64,000 nucleotides of DNA from Escherichia phage EP75. Location of the stretch: sequence record MG748547, one strand, 5' to 3'. Each line of letters begins with the position of its first letter. The stretch's first letter is position 1. The position numbers were made by a program, and so were the translations under genes. The notes under the pieces are model-generated. The model was given only the letters and a program-made list of their open reading frames with translations. It made no database searches and was not told where the DNA came from. This document shows positions 26,949 to 35,853 of the stretch, piece after piece.

Positions 26949-27620
26949 ATGTCGTATTCGCTCAAAGGGTTGTTGAAGCGCCCTGTTCATCTGTTTGTAA
27001 AACCACCCGCTGTTGAAGGGGAATATCCGGCACGAGGAGAGTTGTATTACGTTAAAGGCTCCAACGGTAGCGGCAAGTCCACTGTCCCTTCCTATCTGGC
27101 GGAGAATGATCCTCAGGCATATGTCGTGGCCCGCGATAGCAAGATCATGCTCACGGTTTGCCCTTCTTATAACATTATCTGTATCGGTAAATATGACAAG
27201 TCTAAGTCTAAAGGTGTTGATTCCCTGAAAGACACCGAGCAGATGTTGTTCGCCTTGTCCATTGCGGACCAACCAGAATATCTGAAATACGACGTGATAT
27301 TTGAAGGCATCATCCCTTCAACTCTTCTCAGTTCATGGATTCCCCGCCTGACGCGCCCACCACGAGAATTGGTCGTCCTCTTCATGGATACCCCTCTTGA
27401 AACATGTATTGCCCGTGTGAAATCACGCAATGGCGGCGCAGAGTTCAATGAAAGCCTGGTGGTCGAAAAGTGGGAGAGAGTTCATGACCACCGCCAACGG
27501 CATAAAGGCTTGTTCCCTACCGTTCCCGCAGGTATGATGAAGTCTCACGGTCTAACAGTAGACCAAGCTGTAATGGCATTCCTCTGTCGTGATTTTGGGA
27601 GTATTGATTGTGGAAATTAA
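26949..27620 (+). CDS. P-loop kinase, polynucleotide-kinase-like
   Basis: Walker A GSNGSGKST followed by an ARDS segment (compare T4 Pnk GCPGSGKST ... RD); no phosphatase domain. Confidence 0.5.
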   Translation: MSYSLKGLLKRPVHLFVKPPAVEGEYPARGELYYVKGSNGSGKSTVPSYLAENDPQAYVVARDSKIMLTVCPSYNIICIGKYDKSKSKGVDSLKDTEQMLFALSIADQPEYLKYDVIFEGIIPSTLLSSWIPRLTRPPRELVVLFMDTPLETCIARVKSRNGGAEFNESLVVEKWERVHDHRQRHKGLFPTVPAGMMKSHGLTVDQAVMAFLCRDFGSIDCGN

Positions 27621-28656
27621 AGCAATAAACAACAACGACATGCTGAAACAGGCTGTCTTGGCTATCCGTGAGCACGGGATTGAATCTGATCCAGGTAACG
27701 CGGAGATCAACACCGACGGCACCCGCTTCCTCGATGGTGTGACTATTACCGTCAGTGATATTCGCGACCGCTGGCTTTCCGTTGAAGGTCGCAACTCATC
27801 AGCAATAGCAGCCATCGGCGAAACCTTCTGGGTGCTGTCGGGGCGCGATGATGTTCGCTTCCTTTCTCGTGTGTTACCCCGCGCCGCTAACTTCTCCGAT
27901 AATGGCCACACGTGGCGAGCCGCCTATGGACCACGCCTGTATGCCCATGGCCAGCTGGATAGCGTCATCAACCGCCTGCGCAAGAATCCTAACACGCGCC
28001 AGGCATACCTCACCATCTATGATCCGGCTCTAGACTCAGATTTTGGTCTGGCGAAGTTCAGCCTGAGTGGTGAAGCGAAGACCAAAGACATGGTATGCAA
28101 CCTGGCCCTGCTATTCGCTATCGTTGAAGGTCGCTTGAACCTGACAGTCATCAACCGATCGCAGGATGTTCTCTGGGGTATGAGTTCAATCAACTTCATT
28201 GAGTTCTCTATCCTTCAGGAAGTGATTGCTCAGGTGCTGGATGTTGACGTCGGCCAGTACAAGCTCTTCTCTAACAATCTTCATTACTACAACAATGAAA
28301 TGAGCCAGAAGCAGCTCGGTAAGATCACGAAGGAAACCAAAGTGGAAGCCGGGTTCATCAACTCGTTGATCTACTTCAAGAACGTGACCAACCAGAACCA
28401 TATCCGTGATCTATTCACTGGTGTTCTTCATCACTGTGATATTGGTAGCCCGTGGGAAACTGTCGTCGCCCATCTTAAGAAATACGACGCTGATCGCGGC
28501 CTGATACCACAGATGGCATACTGCTTGTACTGCAAACTGAACGACTACAAGATCAACATGGACATGATCCAAGACCACGGGTTGAACGCAGCACTGCAAC
28601 ATTCACCTGTTGACCGCAAGATCATTGACCCCAAGTTCCTGGAAGGTGTGGTATGA
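27589..28656 (+). CDS. thymidylate synthase-family pyrimidine C5-methylase/hydroxymethylase with C-terminal extension
   Basis: TS-fold motifs FWVLSGRDD, RQAYLTIYDP, catalytic Cys in KDMVCNLAL, NRSQDV (R-S-x-D), Asn in SSINF, NLHYY; start may be GTG 27610. Confidence 0.6.
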   Translation: MILGVLIVEIKAINNNDMLKQAVLAIREHGIESDPGNAEINTDGTRFLDGVTITVSDIRDRWLSVEGRNSSAIAAIGETFWVLSGRDDVRFLSRVLPRAANFSDNGHTWRAAYGPRLYAHGQLDSVINRLRKNPNTRQAYLTIYDPALDSDFGLAKFSLSGEAKTKDMVCNLALLFAIVEGRLNLTVINRSQDVLWGMSSINFIEFSILQEVIAQVLDVDVGQYKLFSNNLHYYNNEMSQKQLGKITKETKVEAGFINSLIYFKNVTNQNHIRDLFTGVLHHCDIGSPWETVVAHLKKYDADRGLIPQMAYCLYCKLNDYKINMDMIQDHGLNAALQHSPVDRKIIDPKFLEGVV

Positions 28657-29222
28657 TGTACCCGAACCTTGAATTCTTCACGGGGCGCAAGCGCTCCGGT
28701 AAGGACTTCTGTTTGGAGTCCCTGATCAGTTTTCATCATATTCAGGGTGATATGGATATTCGTCGTCTGTCTTTCTCGGATGAACTACGACGTGTCGCTA
28801 ATTTCATCTATCCATGGCTACCAGCGGAGGTGGAGGATGCTGTGAAGGACGTTCCCTTCGTACACCCTGATAACCCCAAGGGCTTATCCCCGCGCCAAAT
28901 CTGGCTTCATCTGGGCAGCGATACGGGCTTGCGTTATGTACAGCCAGACCTGTTCCTGTCATTCTTTAAACGATATCAACTTCCTTTGGTTGAACAGAAC
29001 CCCAATGTTCATTATATCGTGAGTGATTTGCGTACTCCTCAGGAATATGAATGGGCGCTGAGCACTAAATGTCCTATCACCCGCATTTCAAAGGCGGATC
29101 GTGGTGGTATCATAGAGGATGACATAGAGGCTTTCATTGATAAGATGGAAGTTGATTATGAATTTGTCAATCCGTTTGAAGGTTGGCAACCGTTCGTCAA
29201 ATTTTATAGGGATCGGAAATGA
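28653..29222 (+). CDS. 1: deoxynucleoside monophosphate kinase (T4 gp1-like)
   Basis: N-terminal GRKRSGKD P-loop variant as recalled for T4 gp1; 189 aa. Confidence 0.55.
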   Translation: MMYPNLEFFTGRKRSGKDFCLESLISFHHIQGDMDIRRLSFSDELRRVANFIYPWLPAEVEDAVKDVPFVHPDNPKGLSPRQIWLHLGSDTGLRYVQPDLFLSFFKRYQLPLVEQNPNVHYIVSDLRTPQEYEWALSTKCPITRISKADRGGIIEDDIEAFIDKMEVDYEFVNPFEGWQPFVKFYRDRK

Positions 29223-29773
29223 TCACAGCAGAGCATATTAAAAGTCTGCTCGAACTTCAAAAGGCCACCAACGTGGCCTACTTTGGGGAAGAGTGGAAGA
29301 ATGTATGGAGTCATAACGCCGTCGTCAACTCCATATATCGTGAGTGGGCAGAGTTTCTTGATGAAACGACTGCTGACTGGAAGGTTTATGGAAACGACAT
29401 CGGGTTTAACCATGCGAACGCAGTCTATGAACTGGTGGACGTGGTTCACTTCATGCTGTGCTTCGTCCTGTTGGACCGTACCAAAGGCGAGATCGAAGAA
29501 GAATTCGAAATCCTCAGTGGTCGCGAATTCACCTTATTTGCTTCGATTGCTGTCGGACATCGAGGTGTGACGTATCGCCTTGGGCAATTCATGAACGATC
29601 CTTGCGTCGAGACTCTCATGTTCTTCCTGTCGGATGCTTGCTTTTACATGGAGATTGACATTGAGACCTACATGCTGGCACACAAACGCAAAAATGATCG
29701 CAATCGGCTGCGTGCTGCTGGTGGCGCGAACTACGATAAGTCCGCAGAAACCCCTCTGACCCTGGAGTTCTAA
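29219..29773 (+). CDS. all-alpha NTP pyrophosphatase (MazG/dimeric dUTPase family; T4 gp56-like)
   Basis: EWAEFLDE and YELVDVVHF acidic motifs spaced as in the E-x2-E ... E-x2-D signature. Confidence 0.45.
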   Translation: MITAEHIKSLLELQKATNVAYFGEEWKNVWSHNAVVNSIYREWAEFLDETTADWKVYGNDIGFNHANAVYELVDVVHFMLCFVLLDRTKGEIEEEFEILSGREFTLFASIAVGHRGVTYRLGQFMNDPCVETLMFFLSDACFYMEIDIETYMLAHKRKNDRNRLRAAGGANYDKSAETPLTLEF

Positions 29774-30303
29774 TGTTTACAGTTGTCGTATCATATTATG
29801 CGGAACATGCCCCGCACATGGCAGAGAACTTCGCTGAGTTTATTAAACCAGGCGGTCATGTCGTTATTGCGACCAATTTCAAGAAAGAGCCAGATGGTGC
29901 GGCTACTGTAACACAACACATTACAACCAAAGAGCCGGAAACACTTTTTAAACGCATTGAGGATTTTGCTTTTGGCGGGGAAGAAATTCCAGAGTCATTA
30001 CAGCATATCTATTTTGAAGATGCGATATATTATATTCATGCTATACCAAAGGATGTTACGACCGAACAACTAATGTATGTTTTGAATATTGCGTTAAATT
30101 TATCGTGCGTCAACAGGGCACAGCATAATCGTTTGCGCAATATGTATTTAACAGAACGCGGGGGTTCCGAAATTAACGATGAAAAACTCCCGTCAATAAT
30201 GGCGATTCACGAAGCAATCAATATATTGTCCAAGAAAGTCTTGGGCACCGATTTATTAATTACGATCAACAAGCAAGAGGAAACGAAATGGCCGATTCAT
30301 TGA
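29773..30303 (+). CDS. hypothetical protein
   Basis: 176-aa ORF between the nucleotide cluster and uvsX. Confidence 0.45.
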   Translation: MFTVVVSYYAEHAPHMAENFAEFIKPGGHVVIATNFKKEPDGAATVTQHITTKEPETLFKRIEDFAFGGEEIPESLQHIYFEDAIYYIHAIPKDVTTEQLMYVLNIALNLSCVNRAQHNRLRNMYLTERGGSEINDEKLPSIMAIHEAINILSKKVLGTDLLITINKQEETKWPIH

Positions 30304-31373
30304 TGGCTCGCATGCTCAAGACAGCAAAGAAACTGGACCCGAATGCCGAAGTGCTGTCAAAGACCGATGCGCTGAAGCCTGACATTATTTGCAGTACGGG
30401 TATTCCTATTCTGAATTTGGCCTGGTCCGGTCGTATTGATGGTGGTCTGATATCAGGCATCAAACAGTTGGTGGGGGATTCTCGTACATTCAAAACCATG
30501 TTTGGGCTGGTGGATGTTAAGGCTTACATGGATAAGTTTCCTGATGCAATTTGTATCTTCGCGGATTCAGAAGGCGGTGCGAATGAAAACTACTGGACAT
30601 CTATGGGTATTGACATGGACCGTGTCTTGTATCTGCCGATTGAAAACGTTGAAAAGACGAAGATCAAGCTGACACAGCTTCTGAACGATGCACAGAAAGG
30701 TGACAAGATCATCGTATTCATTGACTCAATCAGCCAGTTGCCGTCTACCAAAGAAGTTGATGATGCCATCGCGGGCAAAGACACACAAGATATGACCCGC
30801 GCTCGCGCTCTCAATAGTTTTTGGCGTGTTATCACCCCGTTGGTCACTGAAAAGAAATTCGTTTTGGTATGGATCAACTCGTACTATGATGAAATCGGGA
30901 ACCAATACGCCGAGCCGAACATCAAAGGCGGTAAACAGGGGTTCCTGTCTTCTAACCAATTGTGGTTCATCACGCGTGCTCAAGTTAAAGAAGACAAAGA
31001 CCTTTTGGGATGGCAGTTTACAGTCAACATTATGAAAGGCCGCTTTGTCCGTGAAAAAGCCAAGTTCCCTGTCACTGTGTTGTATGAAGGCGGTATTGAC
31101 CGTTGGTCCGGTATGTTAGAAATTGCGCGCATGCTGGGGTATGTGGATTTGGTGAGTGGTTCTTGGTATCAACGCACTGCCAAAGGCGGGTTTGATCCAG
31201 AAAAAGAAAAGAAATATCGTAAGGCAGAGCTGGGGGATGACTTCTGGTATCCGCTGCTGGAAAACCCAGACTTTGTTGACGATGTGAACAACATGTTCGG
31301 TATCTCTCAGAGTTCGGTTATGCCTGCAGATATGCTGGAGCGCCTCGATAATGTCATCAAAACAACCGAGTAA
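30288..31373 (+). CDS. uvsX: RecA-like recombinase UvsX
   Basis: Degenerate Walker A (GDSRTFKT), Walker B-like VFIDSIS, size 361 aa, position next to the helicase gene. Confidence 0.6.
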   Translation: MADSLMARMLKTAKKLDPNAEVLSKTDALKPDIICSTGIPILNLAWSGRIDGGLISGIKQLVGDSRTFKTMFGLVDVKAYMDKFPDAICIFADSEGGANENYWTSMGIDMDRVLYLPIENVEKTKIKLTQLLNDAQKGDKIIVFIDSISQLPSTKEVDDAIAGKDTQDMTRARALNSFWRVITPLVTEKKFVLVWINSYYDEIGNQYAEPNIKGGKQGFLSSNQLWFITRAQVKEDKDLLGWQFTVNIMKGRFVREKAKFPVTVLYEGGIDRWSGMLEIARMLGYVDLVSGSWYQRTAKGGFDPEKEKKYRKAELGDDFWYPLLENPDFVDDVNNMFGISQSSVMPADMLERLDNVIKTTE

Positions 31374-31680
31374 TATTGCAGGGGGAGGAGACTCCCCCGT
31401 TAATTACAAAATCATCGACCCTGGTTCTGATCAGTTAGCAATAATCGAAATAACGGAAGGCAAATTCCGTGGCGTTCAATTTCGTATAGGGAAAGTGGGT
31501 GTCCATTTAGATAATGGAGAGCCTCGGTTATCCTTTACAACAGATATATTGAAGAAACCATGGCGTTTGTTATTTGTTAATTTGAAAGAAAATGACTTGT
31601 TCACTGTGGTGTCTGGGGATATCTTAGTTGATCTGATACAGCAAAATGCTCAGGATTACAACAAAATTTTGGTGGGGTAG
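31351..31680 (+). CDS. hypothetical protein (occupies the position of T4 gene 40)
   Basis: 109-aa ORF between uvsX and the helicase gene; synteny only. Confidence 0.35.
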   Translation: MSSKQPSNIAGGGDSPVNYKIIDPGSDQLAIIEITEGKFRGVQFRIGKVGVHLDNGEPRLSFTTDILKKPWRLLFVNLKENDLFTVVSGDILVDLIQQNAQDYNKILVG

Positions 31681-31686
31681 TTGCCA

Positions 31687-33111
31687 ATGTTACTCGAATC
31701 TGTCGTGCTTTCCCAATTAATCTATAACGAAGAATATCAAAGAAAGATCCAGCCGTATTTGAAAGCCGATTATTTCGATAACGAAGGCGAGAAAATTATA
31801 TTCGGTCTCATTGACCATTACACTTGCGAATATAATGCTCGTCCTTCGGTTGAAGCGTTGTCTATTATGCTGGAAAAGACTTCGCTCAACGAACACGTAT
31901 TTGAACAAGCTATTTCTGCTCTTGAGAATATCAATGACAACACATTCCATCAGGAATGGCTTGTAAAAGAAACAGAAAGTTGGGCGCGGCAGAAAGCTGT
32001 TCATAATGCGATCAAACACGCCGTCAACATCTATGGTGATGAGAAACGTAAAGATGAGATGAACACGATTCCAACTCTCCTACAAGAGGCGTTGGCGATA
32101 AGTTTTGATTCTTATCTTGGCCATATCTATTGGGAAATGGCTGAACAACAATACGACCACATGAACTCTAATGAAGCGAAGATTCCTTTCGCTGTAGAGA
32201 TATTCAACAAAGCGACTCGTGGTGGTGTTGGTAAGAAAACGCTGAACATCGTGACGGGTGCAATTAATGCGGGTAAGACAACAACTCTGATTGATTTGGC
32301 TGCTGGTTACTCCGAGCAAGGGTTGAACGTATTCGTATTCACCCTAGAAGTGGCTGAGAACGTCTGGCGTCACCGCCTTGATGCCCGTATGATGCGCAGG
32401 GACTTCGAGTCCTTAGAGAAGCTCTCACGACATGAATATGTCGCTACGATACAAAAGTTGCGAACTCGTCAAGACGGTTCCATGAAGGGTGATATTGTTA
32501 TCAAGGAATATCCTTCAGGCGCTGGGCATACAGGACTGTATCGCCGCGATATTCTTGATTACGCGACATCAACGGGAATTACGCCGGACGTCATTATTAT
32601 AGACTACTTGGGTGAATCAGCGTCTTCTCGTCTTCCTGCTCATTTAATGCAGAACACCAACGTGTATTATACTTCGGTGGCGCGTGAATTCCGTGCGCTT
32701 GGATTTGAATTTGATTGCCCTGTATGGACGGGTATGCAATTTAACCGTGAAAAACAATCGGCGACTGATGGTGATATTAGCGACCTGGCAGATGCTATCG
32801 GTATTCCGAAGGTTGCAGACTTCATCATGGCGTTCTATGCTCCTGATGAACTGGCGGCTGTTAAGAAAGCCAGAGCATCAATCTTGAAAAATCGTTATGC
32901 CAACAAGCAGAAACTCAAATCATTCTTGTTTGGTATGGACCAAGATAAACAGATCTTGTTCGACTTGGACTGGAATGAAGTCAAACGAGACCTGACTGAT
33001 GAAGAAGCCCGTTATGTTGAGAATGTTCATATCAAACATGACTTAAACAAAACAGGCGACTCGAATGATGTCAAGAAAGCCGAGACCGTGAATAATTGGA
33101 ATTTCGGTTAA
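31687..33111 (+). CDS. 41: replicative DNA helicase (DnaB-like, T4 gp41-like)
   Basis: Walker A GAINAGKTT, DnaB-like size; ATG at 31687 after GGTGGGG. Confidence 0.65.
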   Translation: MLLESVVLSQLIYNEEYQRKIQPYLKADYFDNEGEKIIFGLIDHYTCEYNARPSVEALSIMLEKTSLNEHVFEQAISALENINDNTFHQEWLVKETESWARQKAVHNAIKHAVNIYGDEKRKDEMNTIPTLLQEALAISFDSYLGHIYWEMAEQQYDHMNSNEAKIPFAVEIFNKATRGGVGKKTLNIVTGAINAGKTTTLIDLAAGYSEQGLNVFVFTLEVAENVWRHRLDARMMRRDFESLEKLSRHEYVATIQKLRTRQDGSMKGDIVIKEYPSGAGHTGLYRRDILDYATSTGITPDVIIIDYLGESASSRLPAHLMQNTNVYYTSVAREFRALGFEFDCPVWTGMQFNREKQSATDGDISDLADAIGIPKVADFIMAFYAPDELAAVKKARASILKNRYANKQKLKSFLFGMDQDKQILFDLDWNEVKRDLTDEEARYVENVHIKHDLNKTGDSNDVKKAETVNNWNFG

Positions 33112-33140
33112 CTTCAATAATGGTGATCATAGGGTATAAT
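33112..33140 (+). promoter_or_regulatory. candidate promoter (TTCAATAA element, TATAAT -10)
   Basis: tataat at 33135-33140, cttcaa 17 nt upstream. Confidence 0.3.
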
Positions 33141-33174
33141 CTCTATGATCTGAATATTAACCCAGGAGCACATC

Positions 33175-33507
33175 ATGTCGGATGTTGCATTTATAGCTGA
33201 CCTGATTCGGGCGGCACAACAGGTGTGCCAGTCTGGAGAAACCAGTCTCAAACTCACTACAGAGCAGACTCTAGAATTTTATAAGAATCGTCGGCATTGG
33301 GGTAAGAATGTCAAGATACATTGCGAACCAGGTGAATTGGTTCAGCTTGATCTTCCGTCTTTTCCATTGCCAGTACAGACCAACACTCAGGAATATTACA
33401 ATGTTGAAGGCGTTGATATTATTCCTAAGTTTGGTTTTCACAGTATCGTTTATTTCTTCCTGCGCCGTTTGGGAACTAGTATCGGTCCACTCGGTTCTCG
33501 TCATTAA
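33175..33507 (+). CDS. hypothetical protein
   Basis: 110-aa ORF with AGGAG RBS. Confidence 0.45.
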   Translation: MSDVAFIADLIRAAQQVCQSGETSLKLTTEQTLEFYKNRRHWGKNVKIHCEPGELVQLDLPSFPLPVQTNTQEYYNVEGVDIIPKFGFHSIVYFFLRRLGTSIGPLGSRH

Positions 33508-33519
33508 TGAGGATATATT

Positions 33520-33822
33520 ATGTCAGTTGAACAAATTGGTTTTTATCAACTCCCTTCTGATCCAAAACTGCGTCAAAAGATGATGCAGACTTTAGAAAAT
33601 TGTCGTGCCGCCCAGATCCGTATCAAGTCTGAACAGACCTTTGTTACCGAAGCCCTGGCTGAATTGGCAAAAGAAACAGGCATCAAAGCCGTTGATCTGC
33701 GCAAAGTCGTTACCGATCGCGCTGGTGGAACTTATACCAAGACCATCGAGACCAGCGCCAAATACCAAGATCTTTATGAGTCGCTGTATCCTAACGCCGC
33801 GCCTGATCGCACGGATGAATAA
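33520..33822 (+). CDS. hypothetical protein
   Basis: 100-aa ORF. Confidence 0.4.
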   Translation: MSVEQIGFYQLPSDPKLRQKMMQTLENCRAAQIRIKSEQTFVTEALAELAKETGIKAVDLRKVVTDRAGGTYTKTIETSAKYQDLYESLYPNAAPDRTDE

Positions 33823-33830
33823 TATCGGTT

Positions 33831-33857
33831 AAAGCCCAACATTTGTTGGGCTTTACT
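33831..33857 (+). terminator. intrinsic terminator
   Basis: aaagcccaac-attt-gttgggcttt 10-bp stem followed by a T-rich tail. Confidence 0.55.
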
Positions 33858-33882
33858 TCAATAAAACTTTACTTCAATAAAA
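33851..33882 (+). repeat. perfect 16-bp tandem direct repeat (CTTTACTTCAATAAAA x2)
   Basis: Copies at 33851-33866 and 33867-33882; each carries TTTACT plus TTCAATAA. Confidence 0.8.
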
Positions 33883-33896
33883 CTTGCGGCTATCAT
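33868..33896 (+). promoter_or_regulatory. sigma70-type early promoter (TTTACT -35, 17-nt spacer, TATCAT -10)
   Basis: -35 from the second repeat copy (33868-33873), -10 at 33891-33896. Confidence 0.4.
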
Positions 33897-33939
33897 TTAA
33901 CCTACATTGAAAAGTTTCACTACATCATGAGAGGCAAAA

Positions 33940-35133
33940 ATGAAAGCCAAGACCTTCAGCATCCCAATTGATAACATTGGTCGTGTCAAGGAACGTCTTG
34001 CCAAACTTGAAAGAACGGCAAACCGCCTGAAACTCGAGTTCCCTCTTGTTGAGTTCAGTGAACCATACAAAACACAACACCGCTATTCTATCACTGGCGA
34101 AAAATTTTATCGTTGGTGGCAAGATTGTACTCTAACTGGTGAAGGCATCGACCGCCCCGTTTCTTATGGTGGGTGGAGTATCATTGGACAATTCAACCAC
34201 CAGTATCCAAAAGTCATTCTGAATAAACTGTCAGATGACATCCACCAAAATTTCGTTCAAAGATTTGAAGCTGAAAACGTATCTTGGTGCGAGCATTGCA
34301 ACAAATCTGTGCGTCGTCATAACACATATGTCGTTCGTAACGAACAATCTGGCGCACAGATGCTCGTGGGTAGCAGCTGTATGCATCATTATGTCCCGCA
34401 TCAGAAATCCCTTGATGCGGTTATGTCTTATTACATGTCTATTCACGAAATGTTTACCCCCGATGAAGATGACCCAGAAGGGATTTATCGGGTTAATGAA
34501 CCAGATTATGTTGACACAGAAGGATATTTGCGTAAATGCTTTCAGGTTTTGCTGTCCGGCCTGAGCATTAAAAGTGATGATTTTGGTCGAGTTCTTGGTC
34601 ATATCTCTAGCGGTACTCGTCCAGAGAAAGGTTCTGACATTGATATATTCTATAACAAGGCTGTTAAAGCCCGTGAAGATGCTCAATCAGAAATGTACCA
34701 TATGATGCTTTTCATCTCATCGTTGTCTGAAAATAACGATTTCAACGTCCGGCTGAAACGTATGTGCGAACCTGGTTATCACCTTGTTAAAGACTCAACA
34801 ACAGTTCGTTGGGGAGCAGCAAAGTATTATGATTATATCCACACCCCCCGCCAAACGCGCACTGTATCAAATTGGGTTGGTGAAGTTGGTGAAATGTTAG
34901 AAGCACAGGTCAAATTTGAAGCAAGGATTTTCCTGTATTCATCTGATTATGGTGACACGTATCTGTATACTTTCAAAACCAAGGAAGGCAATACCATTAC
35001 ATGGAAGACTTCCTATATGGAAACCGAATTCCTGGAAGGTGATATGATCATTCGTGGTCGCGTCAAAGAATTGACCGAATTCAAAGGTGTTAAACAAACT
35101 CAGATCACAAGGGCAAAACTGAGGAAATTATGA
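33940..35133 (+). CDS. hypothetical protein with Cys/His cluster
   Basis: 397 aa; WCEHCNK ... SSCMHHY suggests metal binding. Confidence 0.5.
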   Translation: MKAKTFSIPIDNIGRVKERLAKLERTANRLKLEFPLVEFSEPYKTQHRYSITGEKFYRWWQDCTLTGEGIDRPVSYGGWSIIGQFNHQYPKVILNKLSDDIHQNFVQRFEAENVSWCEHCNKSVRRHNTYVVRNEQSGAQMLVGSSCMHHYVPHQKSLDAVMSYYMSIHEMFTPDEDDPEGIYRVNEPDYVDTEGYLRKCFQVLLSGLSIKSDDFGRVLGHISSGTRPEKGSDIDIFYNKAVKAREDAQSEMYHMMLFISSLSENNDFNVRLKRMCEPGYHLVKDSTTVRWGAAKYYDYIHTPRQTRTVSNWVGEVGEMLEAQVKFEARIFLYSSDYGDTYLYTFKTKEGNTITWKTSYMETEFLEGDMIIRGRVKELTEFKGVKQTQITRAKLRKL

Positions 35134-35245
35134 TTATTTTTCAATTTGTTTTGAAAGCATTTGCATTCGGTCTTATCGCATGCGGAGTGATCACAGCTAT
35201 GCTGTTAATCATAGCCCTGATCATCCCCTTTAAGAGGAAACGCTG

Positions 35246-35455
35246 ATGGAATGTTCATGCGGAGGGCAAGGCACAAGTGCATACTTGCCATTTAACACCG
35301 TCAAGGAAGCCGAAGACGCTGGATATGCCGTGGACAAGGCTCCCTGTGTAATTGCCACCAAGGATTGTCCGTGCTGTAAGAGGCACTCTCAGAACGTTTG
35401 GTATGCCCCAGAAGCAAAGGGTAAAATTAATTTATTGAATATGATGAGGAAGTAA
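35246..35455 (+). CDS. small Cys-rich protein
   Basis: 69 aa, CSCGG ... CPCCKRH. Confidence 0.35.
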   Translation: MECSCGGQGTSAYLPFNTVKEAEDAGYAVDKAPCVIATKDCPCCKRHSQNVWYAPEAKGKINLLNMMRK

Positions 35456-35456
35456 T

Positions 35457-35795
35457 ATGACCACACTCGTAGAAACATTATTCCCAGGATGCACCCTTGG
35501 GCGCGGCGGTAGCGAAGCCAACGGGCTGGCAATTGACGCCGAACCCCAGAACTGCGTTGTTATCGACAAATTCCATGACAATCACTATCCTTTGAGCCAT
35601 CGCCGTGATCATTATCTGGTTTCTGTTGGCGAAACATTGGTCTCTCTTCGTATTTGTGAAGCAATGCCTGGTTATGGTTACGATGCATTTGCATATATCC
35701 ATAGCGTTTCCAATGGGGAAATGGGGAAAGAATCCCTGACCGAACAATTTAAAGGATGGAAAGAATCTTTCACTTCTGTCAAGGAAAGGAGTTAG
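35457..35795 (+). CDS. hypothetical protein
   Basis: 112-aa ORF. Confidence 0.4.
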   Translation: MTTLVETLFPGCTLGRGGSEANGLAIDAEPQNCVVIDKFHDNHYPLSHRRDHYLVSVGETLVSLRICEAMPGYGYDAFAYIHSVSNGEMGKESLTEQFKGWKESFTSVKERS

Positions 35796-35817
35796 AATAA
35801 TTCTATTGAAGTCTCTG

Positions 35818-35844
35818 GGGTTATAATAGCATGACGAATAACCC
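35818..35844 (+). other. stem-loop directly upstream of the ligase RBS
   Basis: gggttat / ataaccc 7-bp stem with 13-nt loop, ending 9 nt before the ATG at 35854. Confidence 0.3.
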
Positions 35845-35853
35845 TGGAGACAC

